Assembly: GCA_900617105.1 (NCBI GenBank)
Contig: UYFQ01000383.1
Span: 1 to 64,000, forward strand
Reading direction: 5' to 3'
DNA: 64,000 nucleotides
DNA from: Hydrurus foetidus
Lineage: Eukaryota
In this document: in pieces, positions 1 to 18,289 of the stretch
How the letters are laid out: each line of letters starts with the position of its first letter
Numbering within the stretch: position 1 is the stretch's first letter
Made by a program: the position numbers and the translations under genes
Notes under the pieces: generated by a model
The model's database searches: none
Seen by the model: the letters and a program-made list of their open reading frames with translations, nothing else
What the model was told of the DNA's origin: nothing

Positions 1-1513
1 CGATAGATTCTCGCGCTTCCCTTCGGCTGCAGGGTGAAGCAATCGCTCACGTGATCGTATCTGATCTCGGCTCCCGAGTCCACCTGTGATGCGAACGACA
101 GGATATTCGCCGATGCTGCTCCGCTGTAATAGACCGTTCCGAATTCTCCGAAGTTTCCCTCTCGATCAACCGACACGCCGCTACCCTGCTCGATGCCACT
201 CACTCTCACAGTCTTGTCTGACTTTCTCACGTCGGTTAGTAGCTCCAGGTTACTGAATATGTTCAGTGACGCCTCATTGTCTAGTAGTACATCGAATTTC
301 GTAAAGCAGCACATCTCTTCTGTAGCGACAAGCGCTATACCCCATTCGCTAGTCTCTCCTTCGTATTCACTATCCGACTCCGTCGCCGTGACGTGGACTT
401 TTTCCACTGACGGTTTTCTCAGAGGGCAGTTCCTCGCGTAGTGACCTTTCTTCTCGCACTTGAAGCATTCAACATCCTCCAAGGATTTCTTGCTTCCCCC
501 TCCGGCTTTCCCTGCTTTCTTCTCGGTATCCTTGGCCACGGTGACGTGTACTTCTTCGGTAACGTACGCTGCGTTCACCCCTGCCGGTGCTGGCGCGGGT
601 GTGTGTGCGGGAGTGTTTCCCTCGTTCCATTGGTTGGATATGTGGAATGCTAAGGCTAGCGTGCTGGGGAATGCATCCGGTTTGCGCCTTAGTGCGTCAT
701 GCTTCATATCATCCATCATGACTTTGAACCTCCGGGGGTCTAGCTTGCCGAGGAAGTCGAGTGCACGTTTGGAGTCGGACACCGCTGCGATCCCCACGGA
801 CATGTTCGCCTCCACCTGTTCATCAAATCGGTTCTTGAATGTGACTAGGTGTTCTCTCTCACCTTGTCTCATGGACGAATACTTATTCTCTTGTTCGTGC
901 TGATTGTATTCTTGTAGTGCCTCGTCTGCACCAAACATATGAGTCAGGTGGGTCCTTCGAATGAGTGTCCACAGGAGAACGCAGTCCAATGTGAGATATG
1001 CTGTCTTGTACTCCTCTTCCTCCCTAACCCTACTCTGTGACACAAGCGACATACGCTTCCACATCATGGGGAAGACCGTACGTTCGTTCTCGCGTTGGGT
1101 CTTGAGGTCTCGCTTCCTCTGGATGAACGCATCCTCTTTGAATTTCGCACGCGATTTCTCCGATGCTTTGCGTTTCCTTTCTCTGCTCGCCAGCCGCACT
1201 GCGGCCCTCGCAGCTTTAGCTGCGACTTCAGCTGCACTCCTCGCAGGAACTGCAGCGTCTGTCTCGTCCGATTCCTCTTCTTCGGTTCGTATTCCGAACT
1301 TTCCGATGACGAATCTGAAGGGTAATCCCTGTGAGATGCTTTCGGGAGTTCGTATCTCTCGTTAGTGGTGAAGAACATCCCCACTATTCCATATAGTTCG
1401 GTGACTATCGTCTGCATGTGTTCTCTCCACTTGATTATGTTGCTGTGTTTGCCGTATTGAAGCGTACACTCCTCTGTACTCTTGAGAGCTTCTACGGCGC
1501 GTTTAGGAGGCAT
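1..1513 (-). CDS. Gag-protease part of the copia polyprotein, with one apparent 1-nt frameshift at ~1284
   Basis: ATG at 1513 (MPPKRAVEALK...). After ...SSEYEP the frame switches and stays open (EEEESDETD...TLDCVLLWTLIRRTH...CCHC...protease) to the window edge. Confidence 0.8.
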
Positions 1514-1587
1514 TGGAATGCCTATGCCAGTCAATTATGTTGACGGATCTTCGGTTTCGCATCACGTACTGCCTCTCGCGGTACAGC

Positions 1588-1876
1588 TGTTGAAGATCTC
1601 TCGGTCAGGGCTCGTGAAATAAGCTTGGGTTTAATCAGTAATCACTTGTTAATTGACTGTGCTTCATCCCTGCTGAAGTCCCCGAGTCCCTTTCAACGCA
1701 ACAACAACATTCAGTCAAACACTACAGTTGAAGTATTCAGTGGCGATGCACGGATCCATCCATCGTCGCCACGCACGTACGCACACACACACACACACAC
1801 ATAATAATCCGTACGACCGTACGAATGCATAAGTACACTGATTGTGTTCGTGCCATAAACTCGGATATCTCCAACA
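1588..1876 (-). repeat. Putative 5' LTR (~289 bp)
   Basis: On the minus strand it starts TGTTGGAGATATC and ends GAGATCTTCAACA (TG..CA ends, 11/13 inverted terminal match). The partner LTR is outside the window. Confidence 0.65.
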
Positions 1877-2129
1877 CCGTTCTCAACAGTAAGTACGCAC
1901 CGAAGTGAGACCGGAAGTTAAATGCAAGATTCTTGTTTGCTTTGTCACAACTTCCTCCTCATCCCTCATCTTGCTCGTCTGCTCTGTGCAACTTTTCGTT
2001 CGATCTACACCCAATTTCCGCTGATATTCCACTGCTATGCACTTTTCTATCTCTTGCAGTCACTACGATGTTATCTGATTTCTGAGAAGAGATCCGAAAC
2101 GTAAATTCATAACCGACAAAAAAGCTCAG

Positions 2130-3356
2130 ATGGAGAACTACAATGCGTCAAGATTTCTGTTCTGTGTCATCGTTGCCTTGAGTTTGCCATACAAGAGAGT
2201 ACTTTCTTTTCATCTAACAACAAAATGGACAACGTATCAGCCTACAACTGCTCTAAAAATGGCGGATGAGGCACCAACTCTAGCGGGATTTGCAACATTC
2301 ATTGAGAGGAAATCTAGACCTGATCATGTTGGAATACCGAGAACAAGAATGGAATTGACATTTTCAGTACAACTCATGAGGCTTAGCTACTCTGTCGTTG
2401 ATGATCTGGATTTCGTTCCGATGGATGAATTTCAGAGAGACTTCTTCTTATTCCGGCAAGATGAGTGGGAAGACTACCGTGGATATCATCCCACAGTAAT
2501 GCAAGGCGATCTCGCCGACCCACTTTACTTTGACTTCATTAGGTAAAGCAATGTGGAATAATGCCCTACATTAGTTATTCCCTCGTGGAAATCTGATAAA
2601 TGCATATCCAATTCATTTAGTCCAGCAAGTGATATTCAAATGTATTCTTTGCAGTTTCGCACAGTATGTCGTTATCGGCGACAAAATGCGTAGGGGACAA
2701 CAGGAATTTGTTGAACGGAATGGAGCTGAGGGGAATGCATCAGTTATTAGAAGGGACCCTCGCTACACAGACAACAGTGCGCTGCCTGAAATACACGCTG
2801 CGATGTTTGGCGACAAATTACTCGAGTAAGTGCCCTCTGTAATCTGACTGCATATACTCAAATATGATATATATGAATTGTACCATTAACAAATTATCTG
2901 ACTGCCTCTTTCTCATTCCTTCTTCCTTTTCAGCTTTATGTATGAGAAATACCCAGCCTCTATTCTTCCTCCTTTTTCACGAATCTTGGATCCAAAATCC
3001 GACATGGTTCTTCAGAAGCAAACTTTAATCAGTGACATACAAATGATAATGGACATATTTACGATAAATTCTTATTGCCTAAGCATTGAAGTTTCGGAAA
3101 TTATGAAGAACTCACCGAAACTAGTCAAATCAGTGATATTTTCCCACTGACTTTAAAAGTTATTGTAAGAGCACCATCTAATTTATGGTCCGACCAAGCA
3201 CTTAGAAAAAGAAAAGAAAATCCTACAAACGATTTTGAAATAAAAGTTATAAAAGCGTTGTGTAGAAAAAGAAATTTACGAGTTGAATCAGAATCTACCA
3301 ATGTTTTAAATAAAATAGATGTTGTACATGTTATAAAAATATTCAGAAACTCGTAG
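2130..3356 (+). CDS. Probable plastid-targeted protein of unknown function (3 exons: 2130-2542, 2655-2825, 2934-3356)
   Basis: GT-AG introns keep the frame. Signal peptide ends ...VLS|F followed by a Thr/Lys-rich transit-like stretch. The last exon needs one extra A at ~3120. Confidence 0.7.
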
Positions 3357-4113
3357 ATATCAGTCAATATAGAGGACATCGCAATTTTGTGTATCAATTA
3401 GAGATCACCCGATTTTCATTTCTGAACTAGCTTTCATTTTGCGCTGGACAAATTTCATATGGTTTTTATCAAACACCATTCAGCGATAAAGAAATTCGCA
3501 ATTTGACAAAATGCAACAGAGGCGATAGAAAATGAAAAATGCATATCTGCATTAGAAGTTATGGTAGCCTTTTTTAACCTCTAAAAATGATACGTACCGA
3601 ACTTGTGAAATTGTTCGATAGTCAATCTTCCGTGGAAGAGAGTTGTAATTTGGAGAATTACGCGTAATGCAGTATTTCTTAATCACTTTTGATGATGGAC
3701 ATAATTTAGTCAGTAAAAATTTTAAAATAGTAGAAACCTCTAATTTACCATCGTATTCTGGAGGAGATCGAGATGGACAATAATAATTCAACTAAATTCA
3801 GGAATCTTGAAGATGATTGTATCATACATCACCTACAGTCTACAGTAGTTCGTTGTACATGAAGTTGATGAAGTTATAAACTTCTAGTTAGGATTTAGGA
3901 TCTGTTGTCTGTTGGGTGTTGAAAAAGTGTAGTGTGAAGTGTTAAATAGTCGACCATTCATCTACTTCAAACACACGTCACACTCAGAATCTGATGACAG
4001 CGCTCTCATCTCACAGCATTATCAGATACAAACTACATTTCATCTCATCCATTGTGCAACTCTGGTCACCAATCACGAGTTAGAAGTCCTCGGAATTTTC
4101 CCCAGTCACTGCA

Positions 4114-5152
4114 ATGTGGGTAGTTGCCTTTCTATTCGCATTTCAATGGCAACATTCGATTGCTTTTCAGGTACCGAAAAACGCATGGCATACCATCGTC
4201 AGGACACAGTCTATGCTGAATAGCAATCATCAGCAGCAGACGCAGATAGAAGAGAAAGTACCTATCGCTTTCAAACAACTGCATCGGGATTATTCTAGAA
4301 TATTCAAACTCACAGCATCAACTGTAGTAGCGTTTGTCTTCTCGAATGCAATGAACGTTGGTACCATTCAAAGCTGGCAGGATATCAATCAAATTATTCA
4401 GCCACCTTATGCAGCCGCTAGAAATTTGCCTACATCGAATGGTGCCAGCGGCGCTAATCGTGGTACAGCAGCTACTCTGGCACCAATAATAAAGATGAAA
4501 AAAGATATCGATACTGCTTTAGCACAACTGCCCGATGTACAGAAGTGCGAGGCAACTTTATCGAAAATCACTAACATCGAGAAAGACTTTAAGAAGGCAT
4601 TCGATGAGCACTCTGAAGGGATATCTTACAAGCAGCAGTTTCTCGATCAGAACGCCTTTCTAGTTTACTACACGAAAGGATTTGATGGTCCGGGAAGACC
4701 ATCAATAGAAGAAGAAGATTCCGCAAGGTCTGTCAGAATGCTTTTCCTAACTTTTTCTCCGACACAATTGTTGTATAAATTTTTTCAAAGATGGTTTGAT
4801 GCTCTTCATGTCAGCGTGATTATGACACCTGTACTATTCTGATGTATACTTCTTGTGCTCATATTCCTCAATAAATGTTCATTTATATCATCTTCCTAAA
4901 TATCTTGTTTTATTCCTGTACAAAAGCATAAAAGAGAAAGGACAATTTGGTGCTAGGAATGATGCATGGGTGGCTGTGGATGAGGCGCGTGGAGAAATAT
5001 CTTACCTCCTAGAATTCAAATCAGACAAAATCAATTTGAAAGATTTGAAGAAGTACTTGAAAACTGCATCTGCTGCATTTTCAGATTATATGTCATACGA
5101 TTCAGCTGATTTGGTCGCCGAAGCTGAAAATCTTTTATTGGATCCAAAATGA
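4114..5152 (+). CDS. Probable thylakoid-lumen protein of unknown function (exons 4114-4727, 4927-5152)
   Basis: Signal peptide ends SIA|F (ASAFAP-like). A second hydrophobic segment and AAA|RNLP resemble a lumenal cleavage site. One GT-AG intron in frame. Confidence 0.7.
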
Positions 5153-6164
5153 AGAACCTCAGTATTCAATTAAACAAATTGAAAAAAGTGACGAGAGAGA
5201 AGTGAGAAGAAAAAGAGGCGCGTAGAAAGGAAGAGACAGGGCAGTTGCGATATGGGACACTTCATAGACTCATGCAGATTTTCGATCACGCTTTAGGTGC
5301 AACAAAGCACACTGCACAATAACTTTCTGCTTGGCTGCATCCGTCCGGATCTAGCCGGAGCTGGACCTTTACCGTATCCCCGATCCCTTTATTTCCGGTT
5401 AATAATAGACGCGGCTAGTCCGCGATTGAAAAACTGTGTTGGGTAGAGTACAAAATATCCAAAAATCTTAATTATCCCATATAAGAAAGAAGCCAATTTT
5501 CTCCATCGTTGTATCTTTGAAAGAATATTCCGGTCCCTTTAGAAATCTAATGACCGTTCTTATTTGTTCTGCATCACTGAAAAACTATTCTTTCTTTTTA
5601 AGCCGTCTTATAGACATTCTAAAACAAAGAATTCTCATTAATCTGTCTCACCCTATTTTCAGAGCGTATTAAATATGGAGAACGAGTTTAGAATGAGATG
5701 CAGAATATTATTTCTCACTTCTATCTTCTCTTCTCTTTTGGAACGTACGAAGTACGAAGTGTGTCGACAGTTCGGGGTCCGAGCGAGGGTTCAAGTCCGT
5801 CAACAATTCGTGTGATAAAATAAAATTTTGGCAACCAAATTCTGAGCAGAAGAGCTGTTTGTCTCCCTTGTCCTTCTACACTCACTTTAAAGGCAAACGC
5901 ATCTCTGAAGAGGAGAAGGTGGCGGCAAAAGTGATAGCGAAAGCGTCAAAAGTCACTGAGAATCGGGCATCTATTCCGCTGACTTTGGGTAACGTTTGAT
6001 AATACGCAGCTCGGACTTGAAGAATATTTTGTGTGCAGACGGATACCTCTTGATAACGTTCATAGCATAACATACGTTCGATTTAAAGGTTAAGGAGGCT
6101 TTACAATCCTGGCAATTTTTGTTTACCTCTGCCTTCTGTAAACCGCTACAAGAGCAGCACTGCA

Positions 6165-12217
<6,053 letters not shown>

Positions 12218-12923
12218 TTGCTAGTATTTTTTAAAAATGAAAGGGAAAAAAAGGATTATTTTGCAAAAGTTATTTACACTAAAATTTTATGTCATTAGGT
12301 GGACTTAAAAAAATAAAAGGAGAGTGACAGTAACGCATTGAGAATCTAAAACCAATTTTTTTGTAGATTATTAATTAAAATGCCAAATATTAGCTGATAA
12401 GTAAGGCAAATCTTTTTTCTGAGCACATTGTGCGGAATTAGAGACTGGAGTGCATTTTCCTGTTATACTCAGTTTTTGATCATGATGAATTTCTAGAACA
12501 ATTTCTGATCATATAAAGTGATTCTATTACGTTTGAAATGGAGGCTTTCAATACTGAGGATTAAAATTTATATTTAATTATTTATCAGCACTGGAGTGGG
12601 GGATTGGGTAGGTATGTGGGCAAAAAGTAAAAAGTAAACCGGCTCGATGCCAGAACAAAGTACAGAAATAAGTCAAATAAACTGTACTCTATAGGCAGCG
12701 CAAGGACTAAATTATTATTATTTCGTATGTTTCGACTGTTGGCAAATGGCACAGATTTATAGCTTTCTGCTTTCTACTCTCTGCGCTGCAGAAAAGACCA
12801 ACCATCACTCCTTACAACACTCACTCGAGTCCAATCTAGAGAAAAGAAATCTTACTTTGATAGACAAAATACGCAGGCGTGAAATCGCTCTATATTGAAA
12901 GGAGATTTGTAGCATCAATAATC

Positions 12924-14974
12924 ATGACAGAAGATTATCCTGAATTGCACGAAAAGATTGATAAAATTCTGCACAATCCCAAGAATCTTTCGACGGAATC
13001 AGAATTGAAAGAGCATGCAAACTCAGCAATAGCTGCATTTCGTGCTGCTGATGTTGATAACAGCGGGTCGTTGAGTATTCCAGAATTAGTAAGTTTATGT
13101 AGTCATATGGGCCTGCCAATGGAGGATGATGAAGAGGAAGGTGAACCTCATGATCTAAACAATCAATGTGTCAATATGACTAACTCCTGTCTATAGATTA
13201 CTAAGATCTTCGATGCACACAAATGTGCCTACAGCTTTGATGAAAATCGATGCGGATGATTCTGGTCAAATCTCTATGGAAGAATGGATCACCTGGTGGT
13301 TGAGAAGGGTCAGCTGCCTTCCCAATCCTTTGAAACAGCAGGAAGCTATAGCAAGGAATACTTTTAGGAAGTTTGACATTGATGAATCGGGAAATTTAGA
13401 CGTGTATGAGCTTCGGGAGTTGCTTAGCAATCTAGGTAAGAAAAGAATGACATTGATTTTTGTGGCACAGCTATTTCCGCAATTCAATTCTCAAGAACTC
13501 TCTCCCACGCTATCTTTCAATTTTCTGACATGTTTAAGAATGATATTTGTGCACACAGCATCTCTATTTTTCTACCGCACTGACTTTCGACTTATTGTAC
13601 GTTCGTATGTATCCACGACTTCTGCATAATCACAATTTAGTACACAGACAAAATGAAAAAGAACCTCGGATATTATTTAAACAATAAGAGATACAAGACA
13701 TTTTACCTCTATTTCTATTTGTTTTTGTAGGTGCAAATTTTTCAGAAGAGGAGGTGTTAGATGCTGTGAACGAATTAGATGAAGATGGTAGTGGTACAAT
13801 TGAAGAAAATGAATTCATTGATTGGTGGGTACAACGGTCCATGAAAAACCGGTTAAGTGGTGGTTTAATCGCAATGAAATTAAGAAAATTGGCCAGAAAA
13901 GCTGCACAGATTTTTTATACGGATATTTTTACAGCGGTTTGGAATAATGATATTGAAATGGTGAAGACATTTTTGGAGTCAGATCGAAGAATAGGAAGTG
14001 CGTCTGATGACAGTGAATATGGAGAGGGATGGATGCCCCTACATTATGCATCTTATAAAGGATACATTTCTATATGTGATTTATTAATTACATCTGGAAA
14101 TATCAATGCAATAAATAATCACGGATTTACACCGTTATTTTATGCATGTCAAAACGGTCATTTAGATATCTGTAGACTGTTACTCGAAAAAGGGGCAGAT
14201 CCGGGGATAACGGGGGGGTCCTCAATAAGTGCATTTATGTGTCCAGTCGATCATTGTCAAGATAATAAAGAATTAATAAAAATATTCAAATCGCATCAAA
14301 ATTGTGTACCACCGAGAAAACCACCTTCTGATAAAATGAGGGCAACATTAAATGAAAATAAAAATTCAATTTTAGTTGAATTACCGCCATTAAAAACTTT
14401 TTCATTACTACCGGTAAAAAAATGGAATATAGTAGTCCATTCATCTTCATATAAAAATGAAAAAAATGATGAAAATTCGTTTAAAATAACCGTCAATGGA
14501 TTGGATCCCAATAAACCGAAAAACAATATTCTCGAAGTTAGTGTTGATAAAAAATGGTTGAACAAAGCTTTGATTTCGATTGATATCAGCCCTGATTTAA
14601 CGGTAAAATTATCGGCAACAAATTCGTTGGAAGATGAAAGTCCTTTTACGGATTTCATAACCGTGAAAAGAGACAACGGATTAACGAAAAACTTTTCTAT
14701 GTTATCGATTATTGAAAACGATTTATTAGGTGTCAATCCAGACAGCGACTACTATGATGAAGATAATCATTTTGACGAAAAAGAAAATGATAATGATACT
14801 GACATAGAAAAAGATGATAAAAAAGAAGAAATTTTTCATGCAAATGATGAAACGATTGAGAGGTTGAGGAGGGAAATAAATGGCGAAGATGAAGAGGAAG
14901 ATAACGATCATGATGATGAAAATTACGAAGATGAAGATGAACTTCATATAGTCCAGGAAAACGCATATAAATAG
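12924..14974 (+). CDS. Calmodulin-like 4x EF-hand + ankyrin-repeat protein with acidic tail (3 exons)
   Basis: EF loops DVDNSGSLSIPE, DADDSGQISMEE, DIDESGNLDVYE, DEDGSGTIEENE. Ankyrin motifs GWMPLHYASYKG and GFTPLFYACQNGH. Confidence 0.85.
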
Positions 14975-15214
14975 AAAAATAAATAAGTACATTATTTAAC
15001 GTTTTATATTTAATTATTTGTCATTTCTGTTGATTAATTAAATTCAAAGCCAAGTTACATTTTGATAAATTTCTTTGACAACTTATATTCCGTCATTATT
15101 TTTTTATCAGTTTATGAAATGAAAAATATCGAATATAATATTTGATATTGGCGATATTTGTCGATCAGACTACCCTTCAATAAACCAAACATCAAACATG
15201 CTATTGACAGAAAA

Positions 15215-15368
15215 CCTGCGTAGGAGCAAAGGGTTTTTTGAGAGACCCTAGCTAGGGCCCCATCTAGAGTTTCCCTAGGACCACCCGGTTCCCTAGATGG
15301 GGCCCTATCTACAGTAGGGAATATCTGGAAACCCCAGATAGGGCCTTAGCCGTTTGCTCCTACGCAGG
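15215..15368. mobile_element. MITE family C (intergenic)
   Basis: Perfect 16-bp TIR CCTGCGTAGGAGCAAA, nested internal inverted repeat TAGGGCCCCATCTAG, GC-rich against AT-rich flanks. Confidence 0.7.
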
Positions 15369-15916
15369 CAAAAATTGTTCGATCAGTCCTTTGGGGATGA
15401 TGAAATGGCGATTTCGAAAGTGTTGAATTAGGTTGAAAATGTTTATGTCGTGATATGTAACTGTCCGCACTCAAGCATGACATCACCTAATATACCATCG
15501 GATGATCAAAAACTTCTCACCGAACTAATTCTATCAAATGGTCCAGCTGAATATCATAGCATTCGATTTTTTAAAAAATGTTTACCTGCTATCTGCGGTA
15601 CTGTACACTGTACATACACCTATCACCTATCACCGTTTGAAAAAAGAAAAAAGAAAATATAGCCAGGAGACATCCCAGCGGTCAGCGGTTACTTCCGGGA
15701 AATTTTGAGGATTTTGAAACGAAAATCCACGCGCACGCCAGAGTTTATGAAGATGTTGGTGTCTCAACATCTCCATCAGGGGTTGTTGCCACAGAATGCA
15801 ACTTCTGCAACATCGAGGACTTTTCTTTGAGCGAATATCGTCAACGGATGATTGTGTAGAAAAATCTGGAAAGTTAGAGCTGCATACGACGTCTGGTCAA
15901 ATTAAACTCACCTACA

Positions 15917-17077
15917 ATGACAGAATCTAGCCGACTGTTGTCTATTGCTGGCGGATCTCTCGATTCGGAGCTTACTGGAGGTGTACATGATGTCACTCTT
16001 GACGAACTCTACAATCATTTCGGATCAACTAGATGGGGTTTTACGACTGAAGAAGCAAAAAGATCGAGAAGGACTCATGGATTAAATAACACTCCTGCAC
16101 CACTGGCAGCACCTGCATGGCTTTGCTGCCTTCTGCCTTGTCTGATGAAAACGAAATCGATGGAACAGTTCCATGAGTGTGTACCGGAATATGCGTACGT
16201 CATGCGGAACAAGAGATGGGTTAAGATGGATTCTGCAAGCATTGTTCCTGGCGATTTAATCCGAGTCGAAGCTGGAGGTGAGAAATATATCTGTACTCTA
16301 TATACTGCACTAATTTAATAAGAATATCTTTTAAAATCCCTGCTGATAATTCACTGTCTTACAATCTTCTTCCCTTTAAATGACGAATCGAACGTTTTCT
16401 TATCTCTAAATTTCAAGAGAGAGTTTGTGCTGACAGTCGAGTTATTGAAGCGAACGGTTGCATCTTCGACACTACGTACGTACACAGTGGATCCAATCCG
16501 TTACACATAGATCACTTATATGCAGGAGAGGCAGTGCCATATTTGCATTCACCGAAAATGGCATTCTTAGGATATCTTTGTATTTCAGGTATGTTAAATT
16601 TGACGAATTAAAAATACGAATCTGTACGGTTCCCAAGAATATTCCGAAGTTGTTGTATTTGATTGAGAGTTGCCATATTTTTACCACTAGCCGTTACTGT
16701 GTTTTGTCTAATTTCTGAGGTCGTAATTATCGTGGCGTATTTGAATCATTACGTGTACATATGAAAAACTATTTAGAAAAAAACTGTCCCCAGAATAAAA
16801 ATGAATTTTATTTGAAATAACTGATATTCGTTGCAAATAAGTTATTCTGCGTTTTCGTTTTTTACGTCGGTACTTTATTATGGTATTCTATCAAATCAAT
16901 CAAAAAAAATTCTATCACTTTCATGTCTTATTCATACCTCCTACTTTTTCCTTTTTTCTTTGCCATTTTTTGAACGTACTAGGATCGTGCAACTGTATTG
17001 TTGTTAATACAGGAAGTTCCACAATCGTGGCAAAACTTATCAATAAAAAAATATGGCCTCCGAAACAGGACATTTAA
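15917..17077 (+). CDS. Stand-alone P-type ATPase N-terminal + actuator-domain protein, 208 aa (exons 15917-16277, 16418-16588, 16983-17077)
   Basis: Two GT-AG phase-1 introns give 627 nt in frame. Motifs HDVTLDEL, HGLN, VPEYAYVMRN, IVPGDLIRVEAGERVCADSRVIEANGC and IVVNTGSSTIVAKL are colinear with P2 ATPase N-terminal and A domains. Confidence 0.85.
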
Positions 17078-18289
17078 TTAATCTATGTAAAATTCAAAAA
17101 CTCGATTATACATTCTTCTTTCTACTTCATTTCATTTTCTTTTGAATTTTTTTATTTTCTGTTATTTTGGTTAATTATTTCTCTTTTTTTTGCTTAGTTT
17201 GTGATCAGTATAGAATTATTTCCATTCCAATTTTTAAAAGTGTGAGAGGTGAAAATTCATAGATACTGTCAAGTAGAATCTTTTTATTTATTTATTTATT
17301 TATTTGTATTTTATTCTTGGAAGCATATTGATATTAAATCATGCTTATCCATTACAAAATTTATTAATTAAAAACCAAAATTTCGGGGGAAAATTTTTCT
17401 TCATTCAAAAAATGATAAGATCATTTTTTATAAGAAGACTTCAGTCTTGCAATAAAAAAAATCTGAAAAACAAAAACCGAATTAAGAAGACAGGAAAAAT
17501 GCTGCTTTTTCTAATTAATCGAAAATGTGCGCTGAATTGAATTTTCCAAAATACTATATCATACACATTATGAATACGATGAAAACAAAAAACGATTTTG
17601 AAGTATATCGTATGTCAGCGTTCATCACTAAGAAAGACTCTAACAAAAATAGAACTTAAAAAATACTATAAAAGTAAAAAATTAAAAATTAATTATTCCG
17701 TCAAAAAAGCTGTAATTTTTGAATCATATTTCGTTGATTGTAAAAATAACGAAAATAAGTGATTAAGATCAATTAATGACACAACAACATCTATTGTAAC
17801 AGGATACAATTTTAATGTGATATACTCTGCTATTTGTGAAGTACAAATAATAAGTATATCAAATGAATAAATAAGAAGCAGTAATCTCTTATAATAAAAA
17901 ATTTGATGTTATAAAATACAAACAGTTCTAACTTTTAACAATCCTGAATACTAAAAATATTACATCTCTTAACATATGTTATCGAATTATCGTCCTTTTC
18001 GTAATAATATGAATAATAAATGACAATCGATTGTAATTAAATATCACATCTAACAATTGATACCATTGCACAATGATAATGTATCCTTGGATTTCAATAT
18101 ATTGTAATCGAATGCGCACGTACTTTGGTAAGAACGAACACTTTATAATCTTCTAAATCGATTGATTACTGTTTGAATAATATGGTTACCACACGAATCA
18201 GTGCAATAAGTGAGATACTGCGCTGGCCAAACATCATACAATCAGTGTATGATATTTATTATTTATTTTATCAATGCGGATAAAATCAT

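Larger units (their letters stand above)
1..1876 (-). mobile_element. Ty1/copia LTR retrotransposon (CoDi-like), 5' part; continues beyond the window start
   Basis: The minus strand encodes Gag with a CCHC knuckle (CFKCEKKGHYARNC, ~427-468) followed by a copia-type protease motif (VLLDNEASLNIF, ~255-290). An LTR-like segment lies upstream. Confidence 0.9.

Noticed and set aside
193..1365. Plus-strand ORFs at the window start
   Set aside because: Antisense shadows of the copia gag-protease frame.
3110..3130. Programmed frameshift or pseudogene in the first host gene
   Set aside because: Adding one A to an A-run restores the frame. The same pattern occurs at ~42322, so a homopolymer sequencing error is the simplest explanation.
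5761..5806. tRNA-like GGTTCAAGTCC (B-box/T-loop)
   Set aside because: No cloverleaf, D-arm or anticodon arm can be built around it.
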